The notes below the pieces were generated by a model. The model saw nothing but the letters and a program-made list of their open reading frames with translations. It made no database searches and was not told where the DNA came from. A stretch of DNA of 50,663 bases, the filler included, from Basidioascus undulatus (lineage: Eukaryota): assembly GCA_000826855.1 (NCBI GenBank). It is 3 parts of 3 records of this genome, joined end to end, with 100 filler letters (N's around TTAATTAATTAA, not from the genome) between each part and the next. Parts side by side here need not be neighbours in the genome. Positions count along the whole stretch, not along the records: positions 1 to 16,839 come from JTLS01000562.1; 2 more parts are not named here. The stretch is one strand, 5' to 3'. Position numbers and translations under genes: made by a program. Positions 1 to 11,755 of the stretch are shown one piece after another. Numbering within the stretch: the first letter of the stretch is position 1; each line of letters begins with the position of its first letter.

Positions 1-3000
1 TCTCCGTCGAGGACCTCTTCGCGCGCAAGCGCCGCCCGCCGACGCCGCGCAGCGTCTACCTCGACGCGCCCCTCCCAGACGAGGCGTACACGACCCACGC
101 CCGCGGGCTCTCTGGCCTCTTTGGCAAGCGCGGCGTCCACCATGAGGGGAAGGGCAAGCTCGGCCGCGAGTGGGTCTTTCCCAGTAACCAGAACATCACG
201 AGCAAGTACACCGTCATCACGTTCTTGCCGAGAAACTTGCTGGAGCAGTTTAGGCGGGTTGCGAACTGCTTCTTCCTTGGTGAGTCTCGTATTCGTGTTG
301 GAAGTAGGGTACGGGGCAACCACATTGACAACGTGGATGCGGATTCTCAGGCATCGCCATCCTCCAGTTCTTCCCCAAGTTCTCCACCATCTCCCCCGGT
401 CTGGTCATCCTCCCCCTTCTTGTCATCGTCGTTCTCACCGCCATCAAAGACGGCTACGAGGTTTGTCTCTTCCCTGCTCCTCTCTCTTCCCACATCCCTC
501 TGATCCCCCCTCCACGCAACAGGACATCAAGCGCCACCAGTCGGACCGGCGGGTGAATCACGGGCACACGCACGTCCTCGTCGGGCCGCACCACTCGCAT
601 CTCCTCCCCAACGGGCTGCACCAGCACCACGGCGAGGACGAGGTCCCCGAGGGTGGGTACGCGAACCACAACCACACTGAGGCGAAGGAGCGGACGTTCG
701 TGCCAGGGCTCCCGCAGGGCGCACAGCTCGGCAAGCTCCGCTTCAGGAAGAAGCAGGGCAAGGCGGACACGCCCGCGCTCGATCCGGACGTCGTTGCCCC
801 GCGCACTGCGCCGAACGAGAAGGACGGCAGCGCTCGCGTGGGGCTCATCGATGGCGGTGGTGACCAGGCGCAGCGCGGCCCCCACCCTAAGACCCCGCCT
901 ATCGCGGCACCCGGTGGAGGGCCCGGGGCGACAAACCAGATGGAGGAGGAGGAGGTTGTGGGCGAGGAAGACGACGAGGCGGACGAGGTCGGGAACAGGT
1001 GGAAGACTACCCTGTGGGAGGACGTCCGCGTCGGAGACTTTGTCAAGATCTACAATAACGAGGCGTTCCCTGCTGGTGCGTTCGCTTTCCCATCTCCCTA
1101 CACGCATACCCCTCCCCACACGCCGCTCACCCGCTCTACCCGTCCCCAGACCTCGTCATCTGCTCGACCTCCGAGGACGAGTCCGTATGCTTCGTGGAAA
1201 CCAAGAACCTAGACGGGGAGACGAACCTGAAGTCGCGCCACGCCGTGCCGGAGCTGACGCACCTTGTCGACCCGGCCTCGATCGCGCGGCACGCGCGCGG
1301 CCTGCGCCTCGACGCCGAGGCGCCGGATGTCAACATGTTCCGCCTGAACGCGGCCGTCGTGAACGAGCAGACGGGTGTCAAGAGCCCCGTAGACTTGGGC
1401 ACGATGCTCCTCCGCGGGACCGTCCTCAGGAACACAAAGTGGGTCGTCGGGATCGTGCTTTATACTGGGATGGACACCAAGTGAGTACGCGCGCTTTAAG
1501 GCTTTGAGATGGCGATGAGAGGAGGAGGGAGAAGGAGTGGCTGATCGAGGTGGGGTGGGCGTCAGGATCATCATGAACTCGGGGGTGACGCCGAGTAAGC
1601 GGAGCAAGACGGAGAGGCAGATGGACCCGCAGGTGTACGTTCGCCTTTTCTTTCTCATGCATCCAAACCTCTCCCGCTGAACGATCGTCCCACGCAGCTT
1701 CATCAACCTCGCCATCCTCGCCGTCATGTGTGTCTTCTGCGCCATCACGGGCTATTTCCTCGAGCGCAACGCGTACAAGAACGGCTCGTACTGGACGTTC
1801 TGGGACGGTGCGTGCTATGGTGCTCTGCGGCGGGATGATGAGGCGTTGAGGCTGATTGTGGGTGTGGGTGCGCAGACCGCTCGGACGATAATCCGGAGAT
1901 CAACGGGCTGTTCACATTCTTGTGCGTTGTTGAGTATTAAGCCTTGAGGCTTACGGCAAGGTGTACTGACGATTTAATCTTTCCCCTGCAGCAACGGCCT
2001 GATCACGTCAGTCCCGCTCACGTTGCATCGACCTGGCCGACACGCTGACACGTCCTGGACGCGGTTTCACAGGTTCCAAAACATCATCCCCATCTCGCTC
2101 TACATCTCGATCGAAGTCGTGCGCACGCTTCAGGCGGCGTGGATCTATCTCGACAAGGAGATCTACTACAAGCCGACGGGCACGCGCACCATGGCGCGCT
2201 CGTGGAACTTGTCGGACGACTTGGGCCAGATCCAGTACATCTTCTCGGACAAGACCGTGCGTGGGTTTGAGCTGAGTTGCTCGGAGATGGATGCTGATCC
2301 CGTGTGGAGAACAGGGTACCCTGACGCAGAACAAGAGTAAGTGGGAGGCGATGTGGTTGGACAGGGAAGGGGGAAGAAGGGATGGCTGATGATGGGATGT
2401 GCGACGTGTCAGTGATCTTCCGCGAGTGCTCCGTCGGCGGCAAGGTCTACCGCGGCGACGAGCAGCCCCTGGACGAGCCGTCCGGCGGGGCTCCTCATCA
2501 GCCGGTCCCCGACCTGTCCTCCGACGCCCCGCTCAAGCCGACCCCCTCCACGTCCTCCACCGCCGACTCTCCTCCCCCCGCGACCGCGACGGACGAGTCC
2601 GCAGCGCCGGACCAAGTCGTGCACTTCCACGACGCGCAGCTGCTCGCGGACCTCCAGGCGCACGACTCGCCCCAGTCGCGCGCGCTGCACGGCTTCTTCG
2701 CGACGCTCGCGCTGTGCCACACGGCGCTCGCGAGCGAGCACGAGGACGGGTCGATCGAGTACAAGGCGCAGAGCCCGGACGAGGCCGCGCTCGTCCAGGC
2801 CGCCGCGGACGTCGGGTTCGTCTTCCGCGGGCGAGACCGCAACATCCTCCGCCTCCAGACGCCGTTCTCGGACGTCATCGAGGAGTTCGAGCTCCTGCAC
2901 GTGCTCGAGTTTACGAGCGCGCGCAAGCGCATGAGCGTCATCGTAAGGAAGCTGGGGCCCCAGAGCGGAAGCGGGAGCGCGGAGGACGGCGAGGAGAAGG

Positions 3001-6000
3001 ACCCGGAGGCCACGGACATGGTCGTCGACGATGAGGGGCAGGTGTTCTTGCTCTCCAAGGGCGCGGACAACATCATCTTCGGTGCGTCGGCGGGAGAAGT
3101 GCGACAAAGCGTGAGTATCGGGAACGCTGACGGAAGCGCGGGCGGGGGTGCACAGAGCGTTGCGCGCAGAACGAGCACAACAACGACCTCAAGGCCCAGA
3201 CGGACAAGGATCTTGAGCTCTTTGCCAACGAGGGTCCGTCGAGGGCCGTGCGCACCGGCTTGCGCGGACCGGACTGACACGTGGGCGCCGCCTTCGCAGG
3301 TCTTCGTACGCTCTGCCTCGGCTACCGCACGATCGATGAGGAGGAATACGAGCAGTGGTCTGAGGTGTGTTATTATTGATTGGGAGGGTCGATGGAACAG
3401 CCCGACTGATGCACGCGCGCGCTTTGCAGGCCTACCATGAGGCGTCCGTCGCGCTCGAGCGCCGCGAGGAGCGCATGGAGGAGGAGGCGGACCGGCTCGA
3501 GCGCAATCTCAACCTGCTCGGTGCGACTGCCATCGAGGACAAGCTCCAGGACGGCGTGCCCGAGACCATCGCAGACCTCAAGCGCGCGGGTATTAAAGTC
3601 TGGGTCGCGACGGGTGACAAGCTTGAGACTGCCATCGGTGCGCTGGGAGATTCCGCAGTGTTCCATAAGATGGGGAAGCTGACAATAAATCGACGTGTCC
3701 GCAGCCATCGGCTATTCGACGCAGCTTCTGGCGCGGGACCACAACCTGATCATCATCCGCGGCGGCGAGTTCGGGCAGCACAACTCGGCGTACGCGCAGA
3801 TGCGCGCGGCGATGGAGCAGTTCTTCAGCGAGGAGAACATCCCGGAGCGCTTGCGCAACCAGCCGCCGCGGCTGGAGCGCCACAGCGCGACCCTTGTGCG
3901 CACGACGTCCGGCGTGTCGGACCTTGTGGGCGAGGACAACGGGCAGCGCCAGGGCGGGTACGCGCTCGTCATCGACGGTGCGGCGTTGACGCATGTGAGT
4001 GGTTGGCTTGTTGGCGTTAAGAAATCACGGGCGGGCAAACCGCTGATGTCGTCGGTTCGATGATAAAGGCGCTCGGCGAGCCGTGGAGCTCGGACCTGCT
4101 CCTCAATCTCGCTCTCAAGTGCAACGCCGTCATCTGCTGCCGTGTCTCGCCGCTGCAGAAGGCGCTCATCGTCCGCCTGATCAAGGACAACCTCGGCGTG
4201 ATGACGCTCGCGATCGGCGACGGCGCCAACGACGTGAGCATGATCCAGGCCGCGCACGTCGGCGTCGGCATCGCGGGCGAGGAGGGCCTCCAGGCCGTCA
4301 ACTCGTCCGACTACAGCATCGCCCAGTTCCGCTTCCTCAAGCGCCTGCTCCTCGTGCACGGCCACTGGTCGTATATGCGGAACGGCAACGTGCGCACCAT
4401 TCTCGCTTTGCTTCGTTCTTGGAGGGTGTGGCTGAAGGTTGTCGGGCTGCCCAGATGATTGTGAACTTCTTCTACAAAAACATCATCGGTATCGGCATTC
4501 TCTTCTGGTTCCAGTTCTTCTGCGCGTACTCTACTACCTAGTGCGTTGCTCTCGTCTTCTCCATATCTTGCCTGCGATTGACGAAAGTGTTACTGTGCAG
4601 CGTCTTCGAATATGTCTATCTTGTACGTAGCATCCGTCGGCCCTTAAAACGGCAAGCACGCTGACGAGAGCTTGTTTTCTAGCTGCTCTGGAACGTCTTC
4701 TGGACCCTCTGTCCCGTCATTGGTATCGGCCTGTTCGATCGCGACCTCGGTACGCTCGCTACGTAGCCTCCGTATCGCTGAAACTTGTCGGCTGACGCTG
4801 AGAGTGGGTGTACCGCAGACGACCATGTGCTCATGGCCCTTCCCGAGCTCTACCGGTACGGCCGCGAGGGCAAGTACTTCGGCCTCAAGCCGTTCGCGAT
4901 CTACATGCTCGAGGGTATCTACCAGGTGCGCCGCGTCATGGTTTGGCCTTTATCAGCAGCGACGGAAGCTGACGTTTATGTCCCCGCCAACAGTCTGTGG
5001 TGGTCTACTTCTTCATCCACTACTCATACAACGTCACGACTACGCGTACCGACGGCTGGGACATCTACCTCTACGAGATGTCGACGGCGAGTGCCCAGCC
5101 TGGCTTTCTTTTCTGCAGCTCTGAGCTGAGTCGGACTTACTCCTACAGGTCATGGTCATCGCTGGTGTTACACAAGCTAACCTGTTCAACGGTCTGAACA
5201 CTCACGTGCGCCTTTACCTTATCCCGCGCCAGGACTGCACGCTGACTCTCGGTGTTTCGAAAGGCATGGACCTGGTACATTGTCTTCGCGGTGTTCATCG
5301 GCATCTTCTTAGTCTGGGCGTTCACAGTGTGTTGACAGTTGATTCTCTCTTTGTGAGATGCCCTGTGGTTTACACCTGCTTGTCTACGTCCAGGCCGTCT
5401 ATTCTGCCATCAAGCCGGAAACCTTCATCTCCAACGTCTAGTGCGTTTCCGTTCAGTAGTCGTGCGCAGACAAGTGCTGATCCCTGCTGTCTACAGCGGC
5501 AACAACATGTTCCTGTTCCACTCAGCCTACTTCTGGTTTGACGTTATCTTCACGGTCGTTGTCGCGATGCTGCCTCGGTACATCTTCAAGGCATACAAGA
5601 CTATTTACCACCCGAACGACGTCGAAGTGCGCCATTACTGCACCAACCGCTTGTTGTACAAGGGATTGCTGACTGTCATCATTCCTAATTTGCTTTTCCA
5701 GGTTGTGGCCGTCGTGCAGAAGAACGATTCGCAGCACGACTGGGAGCACTACTCGCAGCACGACTGGGAGCACGACCCGGCGCTGCAGGGCCACGCCAAG
5801 AGTTCCTTCGCCGATGAGGCTGAGGCGGAAGCCGAGCGGCGGCGCGCTTCGTCTCAATACCCGCCCTCTCGACCGTCCTCGCAATACGGGCCGCGACCGT
5901 CGTTTCACTCGAACCGCTTGGACAGGACGACGAACCAGGGTTCGCGAATGGACATGGCCACGGGCCGGACAGAGAGCGGTGCCAGTCGTGGTTTCGACTT

Positions 6001-6306
6001 CTCGTGCGTTCTTCTGCATTTACTCTGCTTGCGTTTCCAGGCCTGCGATGCTCATCGTATTCGCACGGCAGCTACGAGGAAGGCGGTGTCGCTATGTCCC
6101 GATTGCAAAGTCGCCTCAGCGAACACTCCCGCAATAGAACGCCGCACGCGAGCTCCACGGACGTCTCGGCACCCCGCCGCCGTCCGTCAAGACGGCGCAA
6201 GGGCACGCTCGCCTCCATCGGCGGCTCCGTGTCCGGATCGATCTCGCGCTTCTTGCCGGGACGGCCTCGAGGCGATTCCTCAGCCAAGCCGCCACCAGAA
6301 CAATAA
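1..6306 (+). CDS. P4-type ATPase phospholipid flippase (Dnf1/Dnf2-like), multi-exon, 5'-truncated at window start
   Basis: Spliced exons give [69 protein letters not shown] (phosphorylation motif split by an intron), [71 protein letters not shown]; stop TAA at 6304-6306. Confidence 0.95.
5729..5776 (+). repeat. 24-bp in-frame tandem duplication in flippase C-terminal tail ([16 protein letters not shown])
   Basis: TCGCAGCACGACTGGGAGCACTAC followed by TCGCAGCACGACTGGGAGCACGAC, one mismatch. Confidence 0.9.
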
Positions 6307-7003
6307 TGCGGGTCTTTTCCGATGTGTCGCTCCTTCTTATCCTTCACGGCCTCTCTTCAGTCACCTTTCCTCCTTGGACTTTTTATACCTTCTCACCCCC
6401 ACGCTACCACCCTGCTTACACCTTTCTGGCGGAACCTACCCTTTGTACTTCCTGTCTGTTGCCTTGTCCTTCGCATGATGCCGCTCAACGTTCCTCGACA
6501 AATACCGATGTTTGGTTCCGCTTTTCCTTCGTTGTACAACTGCACTGCCCATTGCCCCCTAATCTTCTTGTTCATGTTACGACTTTATGGATACGGTATG
6601 GACTGCCTGTGATGCATGGTCTGCTTCTGCAACTGTGGGCACCTCCACCGGCATCGGACCGGAAGGCCGGTCGATCACACTTACGGCCATGTCTTCTAGT
6701 TATGTATAAACCCTATTTCAGTATCTCGAGAGCGAAGACGCACCTTCTTGCGTCATTCACGTCCACAAACGTCCACACGCCTTTCACGCATCCCTGCTTG
6801 TCTTTCCGTAGACCGTGTTCTAGGTCATTGTGCAATACTCGCCTCTAGTACGGCTCCTCGGCGCGATCCCCGTGAGTTGACTGAAAACGAGGCGCAGTCG
6901 TAGCATCAACGGCATTCCCTGCGCTGCCGGTTCTCCTTTGTTCTCCTTCCAACTCCTGCCACTTACTGCCACCCCTCTCGCCAACGTAATAATAACACCT
7001 CTC

Positions 7004-9221
7004 ATGATTTCCTCTATCCTACGCCCCCGCAACACTATGGCGCGGGCCCTCTTTCGGCCCCGCATTGCCAGTGTTCGAGCTTTCCATCCCGCGGCGGTAG
7101 CGTTCTTACCCAAGGAGGACTTCGAGCAACCGACGCACGCGGCGACTGTGGAGCGCCACAAGGGGGAGTACCCTGATAGGGACGTGAGTTGCTTTTCTTC
7201 TTAGTGATGCCGTAGGGGTGCACAAGCTGGGTTGGTACGAGGAATTCGGAGGGGTTGTTGGCCGATGAATGCGCAGCGGACTCAGGGCAGCGTTGCACGC
7301 TCTTTCCCCCGTTTGGTTCTTTTTCGTTGTAGAAACGTGACCCAAACGATGTCGGCCATACCACCGTTGGACCTGTGGGCCGGCATGTCTCTCGCACGCT
7401 GAAGTCTTTCTCGCTGGTGGGCCTTCTTTTTTGCTCCCTTTTCCACCAAGACTCACACCGGATTCGCTATGCAGGAGGGGCGCGTTTGCCTTGTAACGGG
7501 AGGTGCGAGAGGCCTCGGCAATTTGATGGCCAGGGTGCGCTCTTTTGGATATGCAGGATGTGCAAGATAGTATGTTTACACATCCGTCTTGCACCAACAG
7601 TCCTTCGTGGAGGTGAGCTGTGCAACTCCGAAAATGATAGCTGTGCGATATAGCAACACCCCTGACATATATTACACCAACAGTCCGGCGCAAACCAGAT
7701 CGCAGTCGTCGACCTGGACGAATTTGATGCGAAATCGGCTGCGAAGGACATCGAAGATTGGTTGCGTCTTGCCCTTCTATGCCGGCTCGCGTCGAGCTAA
7801 CCACCATGCCTGCCGGTAAACAGGTACGTCAAACACGGCGAAGCTGTGCTGGGCGAAATCGAGGCGATCGGTATCGGCTGCGATGTCGGTCATCAAACCA
7901 TGTCGCACGTCGTGCTTGCTAACCATGTGCTTTCGCATCTCGCAAGGTGGCCGATGAGACGAGCGTGCAGGCGGCAATCAACAGAGTCAAGGACAAGTTT
8001 GGGAAGCTGGACGTCGTTGTGACTGCAGGTTCGTCCTTCCCCAATAATCAGGTCAGCGAACGTTGGCTCAATCCTTTCTCGTTACAGCCGGCGTAAGTTT
8101 GACGTCTTGTCCGCATTGCTTGCTTTGTGTCGCGCGCATGGTTTAATGGTATTGGTGTGAGGACTTGAACAGATCGTGGAGAATTTTGTGAGTCTTTTCA
8201 TGCCAATCTTTGGAGTCCCGAGCATCAAGAGGATCCAACGCTCTTCGCTCACAACATTCTTCTTCCCACAGCCCGCTCTGGAGTACCCTACCGAGCGCAT
8301 GCGCAAGCTGTTCCGCATCAACGTCGAGGGTTCATGTGCGTCATTTTCTGGTAAATGCCGCAAAAACTCTTCGCCCAGACTCACCTTCATTTTGCGACGC
8401 ACATGTCGACACACAGTCTTCTTCGCCCGAGAGGCTGCCAAACTCGCGATTGAGACCAACACGCGCGGACTGTCGATCGTTCTCATTTCTAGCATGAGTG
8501 CCAATGTGGGTAGATCGAAGGAAGTTTGTTACCATGAAGAACCCATGACTGACGACCATGATAAACAGGTCGTAAACGTGCCGCAGCCGCAGACGCCCTA
8601 CAATGCGAGGTAAGCTGGACGACCATATCGGAAGGAGCGACTGTTGCCTGACTGTTTGCCCTGGTATCTACAGCAAAGCCGCGTAAGATCTCTCTATCAT
8701 CCTATTTATGCGACTGGGGCTCACGTTCCATTACGTTCCCAAAGGGTGAAGCATATGGCGGCGTCTCTCGCAGTTGAGTGGGCCTATGCTGGGGTTCGGG
8801 TCAACGCGATCAGGCAAGTCAACCCCCACACCAGTTGCAGCCATCGAATGCTCACACCTTCCATTCACTCCTTGCAGCCCCGGATACATGCAGACAAGCT
8901 TGACTAAGACTATCTTGGACAAGCCCGAGAACCATGCTCTCAGGAACAAGTGGATCTCCCTTACGCCGGCTGGGTACACCGCCCCTTCCTTTCCCCCTCC
9001 TACCCGCGGTCCTGTCTGACGTTGCTGTGGTACGTACAGGCGTCTGGGAGACCCCGAGGATCTCAAGGGCGCCGCTGTTTTCCTCGCGTCTGAGGCCTCC
9101 GCGTTTTGCACGGGCAGTGAAATCAAGGTCAGTCAAATAGCTTTCCTCGGCGTTGCAGTGCGCTTGGCTGAAACAAGATTTCTTTTCTGGGCAGGTCGAC
9201 GGTGGGTACACCATCACGTAG
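7004..9221 (+). CDS. Short-chain dehydrogenase/reductase, D-arabinitol 2-dehydrogenase-like, with probable mitochondrial presequence; many short exons
   Basis: Spliced: EGRVCLVTGGARGLG (TGxxxGxG), KLDVVVTAAGIVENF, SIVLISSMSAN, VNVPQPQTPYNASKAAVKHMAASLAVEWA (YxxxK), RVNAISPGYM, GDPEDLKGAAVFLASEAS, VDGGYTIT-stop (TAG 9219-9221); Arg-rich, acid-free N-terminus. Confidence 0.88.
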
Positions 9222-9364
9222 TGCTGCACAGCGGTTGGGTTGTTGGAACACCCCGTTCGCAAGAAATTGGAAGAAACGAACGTCAAGAAGAACGAAGGGA
9301 TTTGGGATAGACTAGCTGATTTCGACGAGAGCTTCTGGATCTGTGCACGACTTTTGGAAGCGCA

Positions 9365-9400
9365 TGTGTGTGTGTGTTTGTGTGAGTGGGTGAGTGGGTG
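9365..9400. repeat. Imperfect (TG)n microsatellite
   Basis: TGTGTGTGTGTGTTTGTGTGAGTGGGTGAGTGGGTG. Confidence 0.7.
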
Positions 9401-9703
9401 CCTAGGCACATATGGGTGTGAGTCTGCCTCGCCTGGAATAAGTAGGGCCGCTGGCCGCCCTTGAAGCTAGTGGTCATTGAAGAGTTACTCCGTACATACT
9501 CAGTCTCAGCAGTAATGCGCAGGAACGTTGAGGTGCGCAGTATTTCACAGTGGCAGTCTCTGCCCTGAAAGCGGTGGGTGGTCTGCCTGGCGAAGGATTG
9601 TATGCGATATCGGGTCCTGCCCAAAGTGTACATGAATATGAGACCCTCTCTTCTTGAGAGGAGGGTCACGGTGGTCTGAAGTGCAGTTTGTGGTTCACAG
9701 GGA

Positions 9704-10866
9704 TCATTGGACGTTCTCTCTGTAGGTGCCAGTCAGCTGGTTTGTTCCTGACTGCGTGTAAGCGCACTCACGCAAAGTAGTTTCTGCCCACAATGTTGCC
9801 GGCCGGCCAATATTCGCAAACGGTCTGAAAGCAAGTCAAGTGCATTGGTACCACCATTGCGGATTCGAAGTCATCTAATTGAATGGAACGCACGAAGTTG
9901 GCGGGGGTGTTGTAAGTGCCCAGCCCGTTGTCGCAGGTCTTTAGCGCACAACCTATTGAAGTCGTCGACTTCCAAACCATCTGTAGAAATAATCCAGTCC
10001 CAATAAGTCAGAATGAAGCAGTCGCCTAGATTATTGTCTTGCCTGTGTGTAGTGACCGGTCGCCTCGTTGTAGCCCGGGTTGGAGGTGTCGTACTTCGAC
10101 TCCTGTGAGGGCAGTGAGGTGTCAGGACCAGGTGATGATTCCATGAGATACTTTCGGAAACATACCTCGTCAATCCACAGCTGAATGCCTTCAGCCAGAC
10201 TTTGGCGGCTCATGTCAGCTTCAAGAGACGGACTGCTGCGGTGGAGCATAAACGCACTCGAGGCTGGTCCCCATCGAGATGTTCTCGCCGTCGGCACCGT
10301 GGGAGCTTCGTAGAAACCTCAGTGTGTGTCGAACTGGGTCTGAACATAACATACTGCTCCCAAACACAGTTGTTGGCCCAGTTTTGCGCCGTCGAAGCCA
10401 GCGTCGAGTTCCAAGTAAGGGCAGTGGCGCCGTGGTGGGAGCGCAAGTCGTCTGGTTTGAGATTCAGGTTCTGTTATTGGGAGAGTCTCGGTCGAACAAT
10501 AGATTCTCAATCAAGGATTACTGTGCAACTTGAGGGCGACCTGCTGGTCCGAGTCACCCAAGTCCGAACCGCTAGACTCAGAGCTGCCGGAGTCTGAGGA
10601 CAACATGCAGTATGTCAACAACCAACGCTGAATTTGACGAGAGTTCTAGAGAATTACTGCCGGTGGCGGAAGTTAAGGCGTCGGCGGCAGAGTGTGTCCT
10701 GCAAGAATGGCAGATCAATGTTTCTGCAGTTCAACATGAGCAGTGAGGTGGACATTGCCACGTACTCGGACCGCCACACAACGCGGAAGTGGCCATGGCC
10801 AGCAGAAGCAGTTGCGGCCAGCGCAACAACAACGGTAGCCAGGACGAAAGACTTGAAGGCGAACAT
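9704..10866 (-). CDS. Secreted PR-1-like CAP/SCP superfamily protein (Pry-like)
   Basis: Signal peptide MFAFKSFVLATVVVALAATASA; spliced LHNDLRSHHGATALTWNSTLASTAQNWANNCVWEHS, GENI, GHYTQMVWKSTTSIGCA, VCEYWPAGNIVG, ending ENVQ-stop. Confidence 0.92.
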
Positions 10867-11755
10867 TGCGGTAGAGACAGTGGAACGATAGACCCAAATA
10901 GAGAGCTGAAGCGAAACGAACGAAAGTAGGGAAAGGACCTCCAACGCATTCTGAGCTATCTCTATGTCGAGAGTTGATTTCTGCTCATTTGAGATGGGTT
11001 CGGGGAGGATAACGCGCAGCAGGGGGTCCCTCTATCTAGGAACGCCTAGGAGGGAGGTGGAGCGTGAAGCAACGCTCTCAGGTGTGTCCGTCACATCCGC
11101 AGACACCCCGCTCAGACAAAACCCAGCAGCAGTGCGAACGGAGGCATGGAGTGTGAATGACAAAAGCAAGAGACTCCCCAGGAGGCTCCTGCAATCACGG
11201 TAAAAGAAACCAACTTATGAGCTGGGCCGAGAAGGTCGCCTGCGCGTGCATATGTATCCTGACGCGGACGCGAAACAGGGCAGCCTCGATCAAAGGGCAG
11301 TGAAGTGCACGGTTCCAGAGCGTTCCTAAATTGTAGCCTGTCTAGAACACTTGTTCGTACTTGAACTCGAGTAAAATCGTATATCGGGCGACGACGACTC
11401 CAACGAGGCCAATTGACTGACCAGGAAAAGGGGGTCCATGGTCCATTGCCGCCGATTCGCCGCTGACAACCATTTCCCAACCCCATTTGTGAACTGCAGT
11501 GTGCAACGATGTGAAGATTCTGCCTCGATGCACCGCAAGCACACACCTCTGTTTCGCAGACCGCCGCCTCTCCGTCGACAGGTCATCATCTCATGGCATA
11601 GAAGTGGGTATCAAGAGGTGTTACACCAGATTTTAGATCTGCATCGAATCGACAATACACGATAACATGAGCCTTTGGCGGACCGTCGCCCGACGTGTAC
11701 AAGCAAAAGTAGGTGTGGAAGAGAGGCATAAAGGTGAAGATTGAGAATAACGAAA

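Noticed and set aside
2399..3280. Long antisense and alternate-frame ORFs over GC-rich exons (also over the transcription factor, MDM34, EF-1beta and CDH1)
   Set aside because: Shadow ORFs caused by high GC3 and scarce stop codons
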